Shown one piece after another: positions 46,544 to 56,936 of a DNA stretch of 64,000 nt (positions within the stretch are counted from its first letter, which is position 1; each line of letters starts with the position of its first letter). The translations under genes were made by a program, and so were the position numbers. Below the pieces are notes generated by a model, which saw nothing but the letters and a program-made list of their open reading frames with translations, was not told where the DNA came from and ran no database searches. The DNA is from Longimicrobiales bacterium (GTDB lineage Bacteria > Gemmatimonadota > Gemmatimonadetes > Longimicrobiales > Gaopeijiaceae), in contig OZ242008.1 in the NCBI GenBank assembly GCA_965204735.1, forward strand, positions 2,912,001 through 2,976,000. The letters are read 5' to 3'.

Positions 46544-49048
46544 CTACATCCCGGCCTGCTCGTCCTCCACCGCCGCAGGCGCCATCGCCATTCGGAAGGG
46601 CGCGCTGCGGGCCACTTCCTTCACGAAGGCGGCCAGCTTGTACTCCTCGGCGCGGGCGGCGCGGGCAATCTGACGGACGGCGGGCATGTCGTGGTACTCG
46701 ACCCGGCGCCCCAGGGCATAGGCCAGCAGGTTTTCGGTGAAGGAGCGCGCCAGCGGCTCGGGACGGCGCAGCAGCGCACTCCGCAGGTCGTCGGGACCGC
46801 CGATGGGAGTGCCGTCGTAGAGCTCGCCTGCAGTCTCCACCGGAACGCCCTTGTCCCTGATCCGCCAAACCCCCGTCACGTCGAAGTTTTCCAGCGCGAG
46901 GCCGATGGGGTCGATCACACGGTGGCAAGAGTTGCACGCGGGGTTGGCGCGGTGCTCCTCCATCCGCTCCCGCACGGTCAGAAAGCGGCCTTCCGTGGCC
47001 TCGGCCGTGGCGTCCAGCTCCGGGACGTCGGGCGGCGGGGGCGGCGGAGGGCTCCCCAGCAGCACTTCCATCACCCACTTGCCCCGGAGCACTGGAGACG
47101 TGCGGTTGGCGTGGGAGGTGAGGGTGAGGATGCTGCCGTGGCCCAGGACGCCCCGGCGCGCGGCGTCGACGTGCTCGACCTTGCGGAAGTGGTCTCCTGC
47201 CACGCCGGGCACGCCGTAGTGGCGAGCCAGCCGCTCGTTCATGTACGAGTAGTCGGCGGTCAGGAAGTCCACCAGCGTTCCGTCTTCCTGCACGAGGGCG
47301 TTGAAGAACGTCTCGGTCTCCCGGCGCATGTCGTGCGCCAGCTGCTCGTAGAAGTCGGGGTAGCGGAGGGCGTCGGGATGGACCTTGTCCAGGTCCTGCA
47401 GCCGCAGCCACTGGGATGCGAAGCGGGTGCCCAGCGCCTCGGCGCGGGGGTCGGCCAGCATCCGTTCAAGTTGAGCGTCGAAGGATTGCGGGTCCGACAG
47501 CCGGCCGTCGGCGGCCGCCTCGACCAGCTCGGCGTCGGGCGGCCGTCCCCACAGGAAGAACGACAACCGGGTCGCCAGCCCCAGGCCGTCCACCGGATAG
47601 GCTTCTCCAGCCCGAACGCCCGGCGCGGGCTTCTCGAAGCGGAACACGAAGTCGGGACTCGCCAGGACGCCCTGGAGCACCGTGCGCACGCCGACGTGGA
47701 AGCCTCCCTGCTCCGCGCCCAGGTCGAAGAGCTCCATGAGACGGTCGATCTCGGGCTCCGAGACCGGACGGCGGAAGGCCCGCGTCGCCAATCTGCTCGC
47801 GATCTCGCGGGCGCAGGCGAGCGCTTCTCCAGGGACCGTCGCGGGGGGCGTCGCACCGGCAACCACCGGACCCGACGACGCTCCAGACGGCGACGACCCG
47901 CCGTCGGCCGCTTCGGGCCCGCAAGTCGCGACTCGCTCCCACGCTGGGGTCCGGGAGACGCCGGTCACGTTGTACGGCCCGCCGATCGTCATGTCCCGGA
48001 GGTGGGCCAAGCCCGTGATTCCGTACGAGTAGCCGATCTTCTTGTCGGCCAGCGACCAGCCGTGGGGCGAGGTCAAGTCCTCCACCGGCCCTTCCGCCGC
48101 CTTGAGGAACGCCGCCGACACGCGATGCGGCCCCGCCGAGACGCGGATCGGGTCGGTGACGACTTCGACGCCCATGGGGTCCTGGCGGTGCATCCAGCGG
48201 TCCAGAGGGATCAGGGCGACTCGGGCGCCGTCGATCGACACTTCCACGTGCTCGTCGAAGGGGGCCGTCTGGCCGAAGAAGTTGCCGGTGGACTCGTGCT
48301 GGAAGGCCAAGCGGAAGTAGTACTCGCCGTCGGCCACGAAGTTGTGCACGATCGAGATGCCGCCCCGGGTGCCGATCGGCGCGCCTGGGACGTGCCGACG
48401 CTGCTCGGCGTAGCGCGAGACCTCGTAGGTGGACTCGGACGGCGTGGCGGAGGCGTCTCCCAGCGCCAGCCGGCTGACCTCGCTGGCCGCGGTCAGGTAC
48501 GCCTCCAGCAAGGTGGCCGAGACGTTCTGCACGTCGGCGATGTTGTCGAACCCGGCGCTTATGGTCTCGCCCGGCAAGTAGGCGGCGGCGTCGATCTCGA
48601 TCCCCAGCAGGTCGTGGACAGCCCGCTCGTACTCGGCTCGGTTGAGGCGTTGGAAGGTGCGGTTCCCCGGGTTGGGGCTGCCGGCCGCGGCGTCGTCGAT
48701 GGCGTCCTCCATGGAGGCGGCCAGCCCCTGGAGGACTTGGGAGTCGGGCCGACGGGCCCCCGGCGGCGGCATCATTCCCGCCCGGAGCTTGCGGATCATC
48801 TTCTCCGCCACGACCACGTCGGCCACGGGGTCGGCGGCGTCGAACTCCTCCAGCGACAAGTTGCCGATCAGCCGTCTCTCGTTGTGGCAGCGGACGCAGT
48901 ACTGCTCCACGACCTCGTTGTCGCCGGCGGCGGCGGGGCTGGACCCCGGACCCGGCGGCAAGAGCGACGGCGACGGCGAGGAAGCCACCGAAGCGAAGCT
49001 CAGGCTCGCGACCGCTGCCGCGGCCAGGGCGACGGTCACTCTGGTCAT
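46544..49048 (-). CDS. DUF1592/1588/1585-type multidomain c-type cytochrome (copy A)
   Basis: Signal peptide, CVRCH and CNSCH, same motifs as copy B. Confidence 0.9.
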   Translation of the reverse strand: MTRVTVALAAAAVASLSFASVASSPSPSLLPPGPGSSPAAAGDNEVVEQYCVRCHNERRLIGNLSLEEFDAADPVADVVVAEKMIRKLRAGMMPPPGARRPDSQVLQGLAASMEDAIDDAAAGSPNPGNRTFQRLNRAEYERAVHDLLGIEIDAAAYLPGETISAGFDNIADVQNVSATLLEAYLTAASEVSRLALGDASATPSESTYEVSRYAEQRRHVPGAPIGTRGGISIVHNFVADGEYYFRLAFQHESTGNFFGQTAPFDEHVEVSIDGARVALIPLDRWMHRQDPMGVEVVTDPIRVSAGPHRVSAAFLKAAEGPVEDLTSPHGWSLADKKIGYSYGITGLAHLRDMTIGGPYNVTGVSRTPAWERVATCGPEAADGGSSPSGASSGPVVAGATPPATVPGEALACAREIASRLATRAFRRPVSEPEIDRLMELFDLGAEQGGFHVGVRTVLQGVLASPDFVFRFEKPAPGVRAGEAYPVDGLGLATRLSFFLWGRPPDAELVEAAADGRLSDPQSFDAQLERMLADPRAEALGTRFASQWLRLQDLDKVHPDALRYPDFYEQLAHDMRRETETFFNALVQEDGTLVDFLTADYSYMNERLARHYGVPGVAGDHFRKVEHVDAARRGVLGHGSILTLTSHANRTSPVLRGKWVMEVLLGSPPPPPPPDVPELDATAEATEGRFLTVRERMEEHRANPACNSCHRVIDPIGLALENFDVTGVWRIRDKGVPVETAGELYDGTPIGGPDDLRSALLRRPEPLARSFTENLLAYALGRRVEYHDMPAVRQIARAARAEEYKLAAFVKEVARSAPFRMAMAPAAVEDEQAGM

Positions 49049-49157
49049 GCTGCGGTTCTCCGGCTCGCGGGGCTTGGGCGCGACGGAGACGCCGACCAGC
49101 AGGACGGCCTCCACGTCGAGATCATCGGCCCGCCGCCGTCAGGTCGGCCGCCCGCGA

Positions 49158-49367
49158 TCAGAGGATGATGGCCAGAGGAAGCAGGACCACGTACCCCAGC
49201 ACCAGAAGCACCGGCGCCAGCGAGATCGAGCCCTGTCCCAGCAGGTAGTACCCCGCCGCGATGACGGCCAAGCCCCCCAGGGCAATCCAAAGGTTGGTCG
49301 GGGAAAGCTCCAAGGACGGTCGGAGCTGGGAACCCTTCCTCGCTCTCGAACTCTTCTTCGCGCTCAT
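49158..49367 (-). CDS. Small two-TM membrane protein (DUF3098-like)
   Basis: 69 aa; ...SLAPVLLVLGYVVLLPLAIIL. Confidence 0.7.
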   Translation of the reverse strand: MSAKKSSRARKGSQLRPSLELSPTNLWIALGGLAVIAAGYYLLGQGSISLAPVLLVLGYVVLLPLAIIL

Positions 49368-49425
49368 GGATGGACGCTAACCCAGACGACCGGGGGGAGT
49401 CAACCTGGCCATCGAGGCCTGGCCG

Positions 49426-50391
49426 TCAAGGCGCCTCGAGGCGGGCCCACTCCCGGGCCGCCTCCAGCTCCGGGGGCAGGGGCGCCTCGAACCGCATCGG
49501 CGCGCCCGTCGCCGGGTGGACGAACGAGAGCCGGGCGGCGTGGAGGAAGTGGCGCGGGGTGCGCCGGGCCAGGCCGTCGGCCCAGCGGCCGGCCTCGCCG
49601 GAGAAGCCCCGCTCCCTCCCTGCGCCGTAGACGCCGTCCCCCACCACCGGGCGGCCCATCGCGGCGGCGTGAACCCGGATTTGGTGCGTGCGCCCGGTCG
49701 CGAGCTCGGCCTCGCAGAGGCAGGCCGCCCGCCAACTCTCCAGGAGACGGAATCGGGTGCGGGCCGGACGTCCCCCTTCCACCACCGCCATGCGGGTGCG
49801 GTCTCTCGGGTGGCGGCCGATCGGACGGTCCACCACCAGGGGAGACTCGGCCAGTCGGCCCCACAGCGCCGCCAAGTAGGCACGCCCGACCGTGCGCGCC
49901 TTCAGCGCCTCGGAGAGGCCTTGGTGGGCCAAGTCGGTCTTGGCCGCGACGATCAGGCCCGACGTGTCCCGGTCCAGCCGGTGCACGATCCCCGGTCGAA
50001 GCCGACCGCCGATCCCCGACAGGTCTCCCACGTGATGCAGCAGGGCGTTGACCAGGGTCCCGTCGGGGTGACCCGGCGCCGGGTGCACGACGAGCCCGGC
50101 CTGCTTGTTCACCACGACGAGATGGCGGTCCTGATGCACGATCTCCAGCGGAAGGTCCTGGGCCTGCGCCCTGGAAGGCGCCGGAGGCGGCACCGTCGCC
50201 TCGACCTCCTGTCCGGGCGCCACCTGGTCCGACTTCTTGGCGCGGCGGCCGTCGACAAGAACATGGCCCGCGACGATCAGCGACGCGGCTCGGCTTCGCG
50301 AGAGGCTCAGGTGGTCCGCCACGTAGGAATCGATCCGGCCGCCGGCGTCGCCGCCGGCGGTCCACCGATGCAGGGAACCCGCCCCCGCCAC
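49426..50391 (-). CDS. rluD: RluA-family (RluD-like) pseudouridine synthase with S4 domain
   Basis: NKQAGLVVHP, GIVHRLDRDTSG, TGRTHQIRVH, LHA. Confidence 0.93.
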   Translation of the reverse strand: MAGAGSLHRWTAGGDAGGRIDSYVADHLSLSRSRAASLIVAGHVLVDGRRAKKSDQVAPGQEVEATVPPPAPSRAQAQDLPLEIVHQDRHLVVVNKQAGLVVHPAPGHPDGTLVNALLHHVGDLSGIGGRLRPGIVHRLDRDTSGLIVAAKTDLAHQGLSEALKARTVGRAYLAALWGRLAESPLVVDRPIGRHPRDRTRMAVVEGGRPARTRFRLLESWRAACLCEAELATGRTHQIRVHAAAMGRPVVGDGVYGAGRERGFSGEAGRWADGLARRTPRHFLHAARLSFVHPATGAPMRFEAPLPPELEAAREWARLEAP

Positions 50392-50395
50392 GCGC

Positions 50396-53300
50396 CTAGG
50401 GGAGTGGCGAAAGCCAGAGAACCGCCGCCTCCCCGTCGATCAAGACCTTCCGGCGATGGGCACAGCCCCGGCCGTCCAAGGCGTTCGGTTCGTCCGGGGC
50501 TCGGCGCGCGCCTGCCGGAGCCCGGCCGTCCGCGCTTCCCGTGTCGCCCGCCTCGCCCGCCAAGCCGGCCAAGCCCCCGTCGCCGGCTTCCCCCCCCTCG
50601 CCTGCCAAGTCCCCGTCGTCCGGAGGACCGACGCCGGCGGTCACCTCCACCGACACGGCCAGGGTCTCCCGGGCGATGACGGCCTCGTGCTCCAGAGCCG
50701 CCGCCCGGACGTCGTCGCCTCCCGCGACGCCCAGGCGGATCCTGTCCGTGATCTCCAGGCCCGCGTCCCTGCGCAGCCGCTGAATCCGATTGACCAGCTC
50801 CCGGGCCAGTCCCTCCCGTCGCAGCTCGTCGGTCACGCAGGGATCGAGGGCCACCACGTACTTCCCCTCGGAGCGCACCACCCAGTCGCCTCGGGCCTCC
50901 TCCACCACGTCGATCTCCTCCAGCCCCAGCCGATGCGCTTCTCCGCCCGCGGTCACTTCCACCGAACGACCTTCCCGAACCGCCGCCAACGCCTCTTGGT
51001 CCAGCCGCCGGACGGCTTCCGCCGCCACCGGCGTGAGCTTCCCGAACCGTCGTCCGAGCGCCCGGAAGTTGGGGCGCGCCACCAGGGCGGTGAACCCGTC
51101 CGACGTGCCCGTGAACTCCACCGACTTCACGTTGATCTCGTCCAGCAGAAGGCGCAGCACGCCGTCGCACAGGGGACGGGAAGCCGAGGGACCGGCGCGG
51201 CCCCCGCCGCTCGCTTCCGGATCGGCGGAGGGCGCCACCGCCAGCATCCGCGCCAAGGGTTGCCGGACCCGCGCGCCGGCCTCTTCCCGGGCCGCCCGGG
51301 CCAGCGTGCACAGGGCTCGCGCGTGGGCCATCTGGGACTCCAGCGCTTCGTCGGAAAGACCGGGGTCCGCTTCGGGGAATGGCTCCAGGTGGCTGGAGCC
51401 GCCGCCGAGCGCTCGGTGGAGCCAGTCCGACGCGAAGGGGGCGACGGGCGCGATCAGCAGGGCGACCGTGCGGAGCGCCCTGTGAAGGGTCGAGAACGCC
51501 GCATCGGAGTCCGCCGGATCAGTGGCGCCCCAGAAGCGCGGTCGGGCGCGTCGGACGTACCAGTTGGAGAGGTCGCCGTCCACGAAGGCGGCCACCCGCC
51601 GGTACGCCCGCATCGGGTTGTATCCGTCCAGCTCCGCCCGCACCTGCTCGACCACGCCGTTGAGGCGCGACAGCAGCCAGCGATCCAGCAGGGCCGGCTT
51701 CGGAGGGGAGCCGTCGGACGCGGCCGGGTCGGCAGACGCGGCGGAGCCGTCGGACGCGATGGGGTCGCCGGACGCAACGGGGTCGCCGGACGCAGAGCAA
51801 CCGCCCGCGTCCGTCCGTGGCGTCCATTTCTCCACGTTGGCGTAGAGGGCGAAGAACCGGTACGTGTTGAAGAGCGTGTCGAAGAAGCGGGCTCCCGACT
51901 CGCGCACGCCCGCCGGGTCGTAGCGGGTGGGCAGCGACGGGTTGCTGACGGTGATCATGTACCAGCGCAGGCCGTCGGCGCCGTGTTCGGCCACCGCCTC
52001 CCACGGGTCCACCACGTTTCCGCGGGACTTGGACATCTTCCGGCCTTGGGCGTCCAGGATCAGGTCGTTGACGAGCGCGTTCCGAAACGCCGGACCCGCT
52101 CCCAGCATGGTGGAGATCGCGTGCAGGGAGTAGAACCATCCCCGCGTCTGGTCCACCGCTTCGCAGACGAAGTCGGCCGGGAAGTGGCGCTCGTGCTGCT
52201 CCCTGTTCTCGAAGGGGTAGTGCCACTGTGCCCACGGCATGGCGCCCGAGTCGAACCAGACGTCGATCACCTCCGGCGTCCTGCGCATCGTCGCGCCGCT
52301 CTCCGGACACATCCACGTCACTTCGTCGATGAACGGCCGGTGCGGGTCGAAGTCGTCGGGCAGACCGCCGGCCTTCGCCGCCAGCTCCTCGAGGCTGCCG
52401 ATCCACTCGACCCGCTCCGGGTCCTCGTCCGACACCCACGCCGGCAACGGCGTCCCCCAGTAGCGGTCCCGCGAGAGGGCCCAGTCCACGTTGCCCTTCA
52501 GCCACTCGCCGAAGCGGCCTTCCCCCACCTCGGGCGGATGCCACGACACCTGCGCGTTGTTCGCCAGCAGCTGCTCCCGGAGCGAGGAGGTGCGGGCGAA
52601 CCAGCCGTGCCGGGCCATGTAGGCGAGGGGCGCGGAGCAGCGCCAGCAGTGGGGGTACGAGTGGACCCTGCGCTCCGACGCGAAGACCATTCCGCGCGCC
52701 CTCAGGTCGGCGACGAGGGGTTCGTCGGCGTCCTTGAAGAACATCCCGCCCACCAGCTGCATCTCCGGGGGGAAGGACCCGTTCGCGCGAAGGGGTTCGA
52801 GCATGGCCAGGCCGTGGTCCTTCGCCGCTTGGAAGTCGTCGGCGCCGTAGGCGGGAGCCAAGTGCACGATCCCGGACCCGTCCTGGGCCGACACGAAATC
52901 GCCGGGCACGATCTCCCAAGCGCGTCCCCGGGCCCGCTCCTCGGGCACCAGGTCGAACGGACGCCGGTACCGCCTGCCCACCAGCTCCGACGCCGCCACG
53001 GGGCGCGTGCTCCTCGCCTCGCCGAAGAGGAGCGCCGCCCGGTCCCGCGCCGCGACGATCCGCCGGCCCTGGTGCTCGACTTCCACGTACTCGACCTCCG
53101 GGTTCACCGCGAGCGCCACGTTGGACACCAGCGTCCAGGGCGTGGTGGTCCAGACGAGGAGGCGCCTGCCCGACCCGTCCAGCATCTCCAGCTCGACGTA
53201 GAGCGACGGGTCCTCCACGTCCTTGTACCCCAGCGACAGCTCGTGGGAAGACAGGACGGTCTGGTCCGCCGGGCACCACGGAACGACCTTGTGGCCGCGG

Positions 53301-53815
53301 TAGAGGAGGTCCCGGTCCGCCATCTGCTTCAGCAGCCACCAGATCGACTCCACGTACTCTGCGTGGAACGTCACGTAGGGCCGGGAGTAGTCCAGCCAGT
53401 AGCCGATCCTCTCGGAGAAGCGCTCCCACTCCTCCTTGTAGGTGAACACGGAGGCGCGGCACTGCTCGTTGAACCATGCGACGCCCCGTTCCTCGATCTC
53501 CCTCTTGTCGGCGATCCCCAGCTGCTTCTGGGCCTCGAGCTCCACCGGCAGGCCGTGGGTGTCCCAGCCTGCGATGCGGGTGACGTGCTTTCCCAGCATC
53601 GTCTGGTAGCGGCACACCAAGTCCTTGAGCGCGCGGCTGACCACGTGGTGCAGCCCCGGGCGACCGTTGGCGGTGGGCGGGCCTTCGTAGAAGACGAACT
53701 CGGGTCCGCCCCGGGTCGCGTCCAGCGAGCGCTTGAACGTTCCCTCTTCGCGCCACTTCTCGAGGACGGACTCCTCCAGGGCGACCAGAGACGGCGGCGG
53801 GACGGGGTAGCGCAC
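50396..53815 (-). CDS. ileS: Isoleucine--tRNA ligase, type 2
   Basis: EGPPTANGRPGLHH, GWDTHGLP, SRDRYWGTP, DQTRGWF, KMSKS; C-terminal EGLARELVNRIQ..R typical of IleRS2; start GTG 53815 inferred. Confidence 0.96.
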   Translation of the reverse strand: MRYPVPPPSLVALEESVLEKWREEGTFKRSLDATRGGPEFVFYEGPPTANGRPGLHHVVSRALKDLVCRYQTMLGKHVTRIAGWDTHGLPVELEAQKQLGIADKREIEERGVAWFNEQCRASVFTYKEEWERFSERIGYWLDYSRPYVTFHAEYVESIWWLLKQMADRDLLYRGHKVVPWCPADQTVLSSHELSLGYKDVEDPSLYVELEMLDGSGRRLLVWTTTPWTLVSNVALAVNPEVEYVEVEHQGRRIVAARDRAALLFGEARSTRPVAASELVGRRYRRPFDLVPEERARGRAWEIVPGDFVSAQDGSGIVHLAPAYGADDFQAAKDHGLAMLEPLRANGSFPPEMQLVGGMFFKDADEPLVADLRARGMVFASERRVHSYPHCWRCSAPLAYMARHGWFARTSSLREQLLANNAQVSWHPPEVGEGRFGEWLKGNVDWALSRDRYWGTPLPAWVSDEDPERVEWIGSLEELAAKAGGLPDDFDPHRPFIDEVTWMCPESGATMRRTPEVIDVWFDSGAMPWAQWHYPFENREQHERHFPADFVCEAVDQTRGWFYSLHAISTMLGAGPAFRNALVNDLILDAQGRKMSKSRGNVVDPWEAVAEHGADGLRWYMITVSNPSLPTRYDPAGVRESGARFFDTLFNTYRFFALYANVEKWTPRTDAGGCSASGDPVASGDPIASDGSAASADPAASDGSPPKPALLDRWLLSRLNGVVEQVRAELDGYNPMRAYRRVAAFVDGDLSNWYVRRARPRFWGATDPADSDAAFSTLHRALRTVALLIAPVAPFASDWLHRALGGGSSHLEPFPEADPGLSDEALESQMAHARALCTLARAAREEAGARVRQPLARMLAVAPSADPEASGGGRAGPSASRPLCDGVLRLLLDEINVKSVEFTGTSDGFTALVARPNFRALGRRFGKLTPVAAEAVRRLDQEALAAVREGRSVEVTAGGEAHRLGLEEIDVVEEARGDWVVRSEGKYVVALDPCVTDELRREGLARELVNRIQRLRRDAGLEITDRIRLGVAGGDDVRAAALEHEAVIARETLAVSVEVTAGVGPPDDGDLAGEGGEAGDGGLAGLAGEAGDTGSADGRAPAGARRAPDEPNALDGRGCAHRRKVLIDGEAAVLWLSPLP
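51707..51795 (-). repeat. In-frame 18-bp repeat inside ileS
   Basis: ASGDPV ASGDPI ASDGSA ASADPA ASDGSP. Confidence 0.8.
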
Positions 53816-54021
53816 GGGCGGGGACCTTCGCGGAGAGGCTTCGTGGGGAAACGGCAAGCCGGCCGGGTGCCGGTGGCAAAGATAACCGGGGCTCGGCCTC
53901 GTGCTCGCGCGCGACCGGGCCGGGGCGACACGCAGGCGGAGCGCGACGCTTGGCGGGACCGGGGCTCGGCTCGGCGCTCGCGCGCGACCGGCCGGGGCGG
54001 CCCTCGTTCAGCGGCGCCGCT

Positions 54022-55788
54022 TCATGGCCCGGGGTCCCCGCCCGCCGCATCGAGAGCAAACGCCCAGACCCGCGGCACGTCGGCGCCCGCGCTCCGACCG
54101 GCCGCCACGGCCACGTACTGGCGGCCGCCGATCGCATAGGCGACCGGCGACGCGGTTCCCGGGCCCACCTGGGCGGACCAGAGCTCTTCGCCGGTGGTCG
54201 CGTTCAGGGCGACCAAGCGAGAACCCGTCCCCCAGAAGACCAGGTTTCCCGCGGTGGACAGCGTTCCGCCGTGACCCCCCTGGGCTTCGGCGCGCCACAC
54301 CTCCTTGTTCTCCGACGGGTCCCAGCCCAGCAGCACGTGGAGAGGTCCCTCCAGCGGCGGGCGCTCCGGCCGTTCGCCGCCCCGTTCGATCCCGGTGTTC
54401 CACTGCCCGGGCCGATACTCGTACGCTTCCGTCTTTTGGTAGTAGTGGTTGTTGTTCTGGACGGGCAGGTAGACGAGGCCGGCATCCGGATTCCACGACA
54501 TCGGGTGCCAGTTGTGGGCGCCCCGGGGACCGGGAGCGAGGTACAGGCCTCGGCCGGTCATGCCGTAGCGCGCGCCGGGCGCTTCCACCGGGCGGCCCGT
54601 CTCCAGCTCCACGCGCGTCGCCCAGGTCAGGTCGTCGGCGAAGGGCTCGGCGGAGATCAGCTCGCCGGTCAGGCGGTCCAGCACGTAGAAGAAGCCGTTC
54701 TTGGGGGCCTGCGCGATCACCGGGCGCGGCGCCTCTCCGGGCCCGTCGATCTCCAGCTCCAGCAGCATGAGGGGCTGGGTCGCCGTGTAGTCCCAGTCGT
54801 CTCCGGGGGTGGTCTGGTAGTGCCAGACGATCTCGCCGTCGGCGGCGTCCAGCGCCAGGATCGACGACAGGTACAGGTTGTCGCCGCCGCCGGGGCTGCG
54901 GTGGTCCCGGTTCCAAGGGGACCCATTGCCCGTGCCCGCGTACACGAGCCCCGCGTCTTCGTCCACGACGATGGCGTCCCAGACGGTCCCGCCGCCGCCC
55001 GAACTCCACCACTCGCCGCTCCACGTCCGGGCCGCCGCCGCCATTGCTTCGTCCTCGTGGCCCAGCGCCGGGTTGCCCGGAACGGTGTACGTGCGCCAGA
55101 GCTGCCCGCCCGTCTCGGCGTCGTAGGCCGTCACGTAGCCCCGCACCCCGTACTCGGCGCCTCCGTTGCCGACCACCACCCGGTCGCCGATCACCCGGGG
55201 CGCGCCGGTGATCGTGTAGTCGGAGCCCGCCGGCGTCGTCTGCACAGTCCAGCGCACCGAGCCGTCGGCCCGGTCCAGCGCCGTCAAGCGCCCGTCCAGC
55301 AGCCCGACGAACACCTTGTCTCCGCCGACCGCAACGCCTCGGTTGACGTCGCCGCAGCACGCCCTGGGACCGCCTTCCTCGGCCGAGGGGATGGCCGGGT
55401 CCCATCTCCACGCGACCTCGCCGGTTGCGGCGTCCAGAGCGAACACGTAGCTGCGGGGACCGGTTCCGTAGAGGATGCCGTCGACGACGATCGGCGTCGT
55501 CTCCAGTCGCGCCCCGGTCTTGGGGATCTCCCAGCTCCAGGCGACGCCCAGCCGGTGCACGTTGCCCGCGTCGATCTGGGCGAGAGGGCTGTGGCGGGTC
55601 TCGGCCGCGTCGAACCCGTGGCGTGGCCAGCCCAAATCCGCGAGCGATTGGAGCTGGGCGCGCGCGACGACGGGCGTCGGGGCCGCTGCGAGCCCGCAGG
55701 CGGCCGCGTGCACGAACAGCGCGACGGCCAGGGGCGCTGCGAACGGGTGGCGGCGGCGCCGGGCGCGCTGGTTCTTCGGAGGGTTCAT
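54022..55788 (-). CDS. PQQ-dependent alcohol dehydrogenase family protein (no C-terminal cytochrome c)
   Basis: ACCGDVNRG, GNGGAE, WDYT, GAHNWHPMS, Trp-docking repeats. Confidence 0.92.
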   Translation of the reverse strand: MNPPKNQRARRRRHPFAAPLAVALFVHAAACGLAAAPTPVVARAQLQSLADLGWPRHGFDAAETRHSPLAQIDAGNVHRLGVAWSWEIPKTGARLETTPIVVDGILYGTGPRSYVFALDAATGEVAWRWDPAIPSAEEGGPRACCGDVNRGVAVGGDKVFVGLLDGRLTALDRADGSVRWTVQTTPAGSDYTITGAPRVIGDRVVVGNGGAEYGVRGYVTAYDAETGGQLWRTYTVPGNPALGHEDEAMAAAARTWSGEWWSSGGGGTVWDAIVVDEDAGLVYAGTGNGSPWNRDHRSPGGGDNLYLSSILALDAADGEIVWHYQTTPGDDWDYTATQPLMLLELEIDGPGEAPRPVIAQAPKNGFFYVLDRLTGELISAEPFADDLTWATRVELETGRPVEAPGARYGMTGRGLYLAPGPRGAHNWHPMSWNPDAGLVYLPVQNNNHYYQKTEAYEYRPGQWNTGIERGGERPERPPLEGPLHVLLGWDPSENKEVWRAEAQGGHGGTLSTAGNLVFWGTGSRLVALNATTGEELWSAQVGPGTASPVAYAIGGRQYVAVAAGRSAGADVPRVWAFALDAAGGDPGP

Positions 55789-55897
55789 GTGTGCTGGCGC
55801 GAAACGAGGTCGGGGGAGTGGCTCCTCGCAATATTGTACGGCCCGGCGCCGGCTCCAAGCCGAGCGGTTGCGGTGGGCGCCAGCATGCCGGGGAACG

Positions 55898-56503
55898 TCA
55901 TTCGTCCAGCGCCAGCTCCAGCTGAAGGAGCCCGAAGCTGCGCCGGTGATGGGGCGTGAGGCCGGCCGTCCGCAACGCCCGGCGGTGGGCTGGGGTTCCG
56001 TAGCCCATGTTCCGCTCCCACCGGTAGTCGGGGTAGCGCGGGGCCAGTCGGTTCATCAGCCGGTCGCGGCACACCTTGGCGACGATGGAGGCGCACGCGA
56101 CCGAGTGGACCAGCCCGTCGCCGCCGACCACCGCCTCGTGCTCCCACTCCACGCCCCGCATCGGCAAGCCGTCCACCACCACGTGGTCGGGCCGGCAGGG
56201 GAGACGCGCCAGCGCTCGGGTCATGGCGAGGGCCGTGGCTCGCAGGATGTTGTCCCGGTCGATCTCCCGCACCGAGGCCGCGCCCAGGGAAGCCGCGATC
56301 GCGCGGGAGCGTATCTGGTCCGCGAGGCGACGTCGGGTGTCGGGGTCGAGGACCTTGGAGTCGTCTGCCCCGTCGATGAAGAGGCCCTTGGGGAGCACCA
56401 CCGCCGCCGCCACGACCGGCCCCGCAAGAGGACCGCGTCCCGCTTCGTCCACTCCGGCGACCCGGGCGAGTCCGCGGTCCCAAAACCGCCGTTCGTACTC
56501 CAG
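55898..56503 (-). CDS. rnhB: Ribonuclease HII
   Basis: GVDEAGRGPLAGPV, DSK, ASIVAKV.RD, GYGT..H; start codon uncertain. Confidence 0.93.
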   Translation of the reverse strand: MEYERRFWDRGLARVAGVDEAGRGPLAGPVVAAAVVLPKGLFIDGADDSKVLDPDTRRRLADQIRSRAIAASLGAASVREIDRDNILRATALAMTRALARLPCRPDHVVVDGLPMRGVEWEHEAVVGGDGLVHSVACASIVAKVCRDRLMNRLAPRYPDYRWERNMGYGTPAHRRALRTAGLTPHHRRSFGLLQLELALDE

Positions 56504-56576
56504 CCCGTCGGACGAGCGCTCCGCCGCTCGCCGGCCTGTCGGCGAGCCGTTGTTTGGGCGGGCCGCGGCCGGCCTC

Positions 56577-56936
56577 CTACTTGGCCCGGTAGGTCCGCTT
56601 CTCCTTGATCCGGGCGGCCTTGCCCCGGCGGTCGCGCAGATAGTAGAGCTTCGCCCGCCGCACGCGCCCGCGCCGGACGACCTCAACGCCGCCGACGGTG
56701 GGGGCGTTCACGGGGAACACCCTCTCGACTCCGATCCCGCCGGAAGTCTTGCGCACCCGGAAGGTCTCGCCCATTCCCGAGCCACGTCGTCCCAGGCATA
56801 CGCCCTCAAAGACCTGGATGCGCTCCTTCTGCCCTTCCCGAACCCGATACATCACCCTGATCGTGTCTCCGGGGGAAAAATCGGGAAGATCGTTCCGGGC
56901 GTGCTCCATGTCGAGTTGGTGCAGGATGTCGGCCAT
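56577..56936 (-). CDS. rplS: 50S ribosomal protein L19
   Basis: [29 protein letters not shown]. Confidence 0.97.
   Translation of the reverse strand: MADILHQLDMEHARNDLPDFSPGDTIRVMYRVREGQKERIQVFEGVCLGRRGSGMGETFRVRKTSGGIGVERVFPVNAPTVGGVEVVRRGRVRRAKLYYLRDRRGKAARIKEKRTYRAK

Noticed and set aside
54022..55788. Lanthanide-dependent XoxF/ExaF-type enzyme
   Set aside because: Active-site motif is WDYT, lacking the extra Asp (D-x-D)
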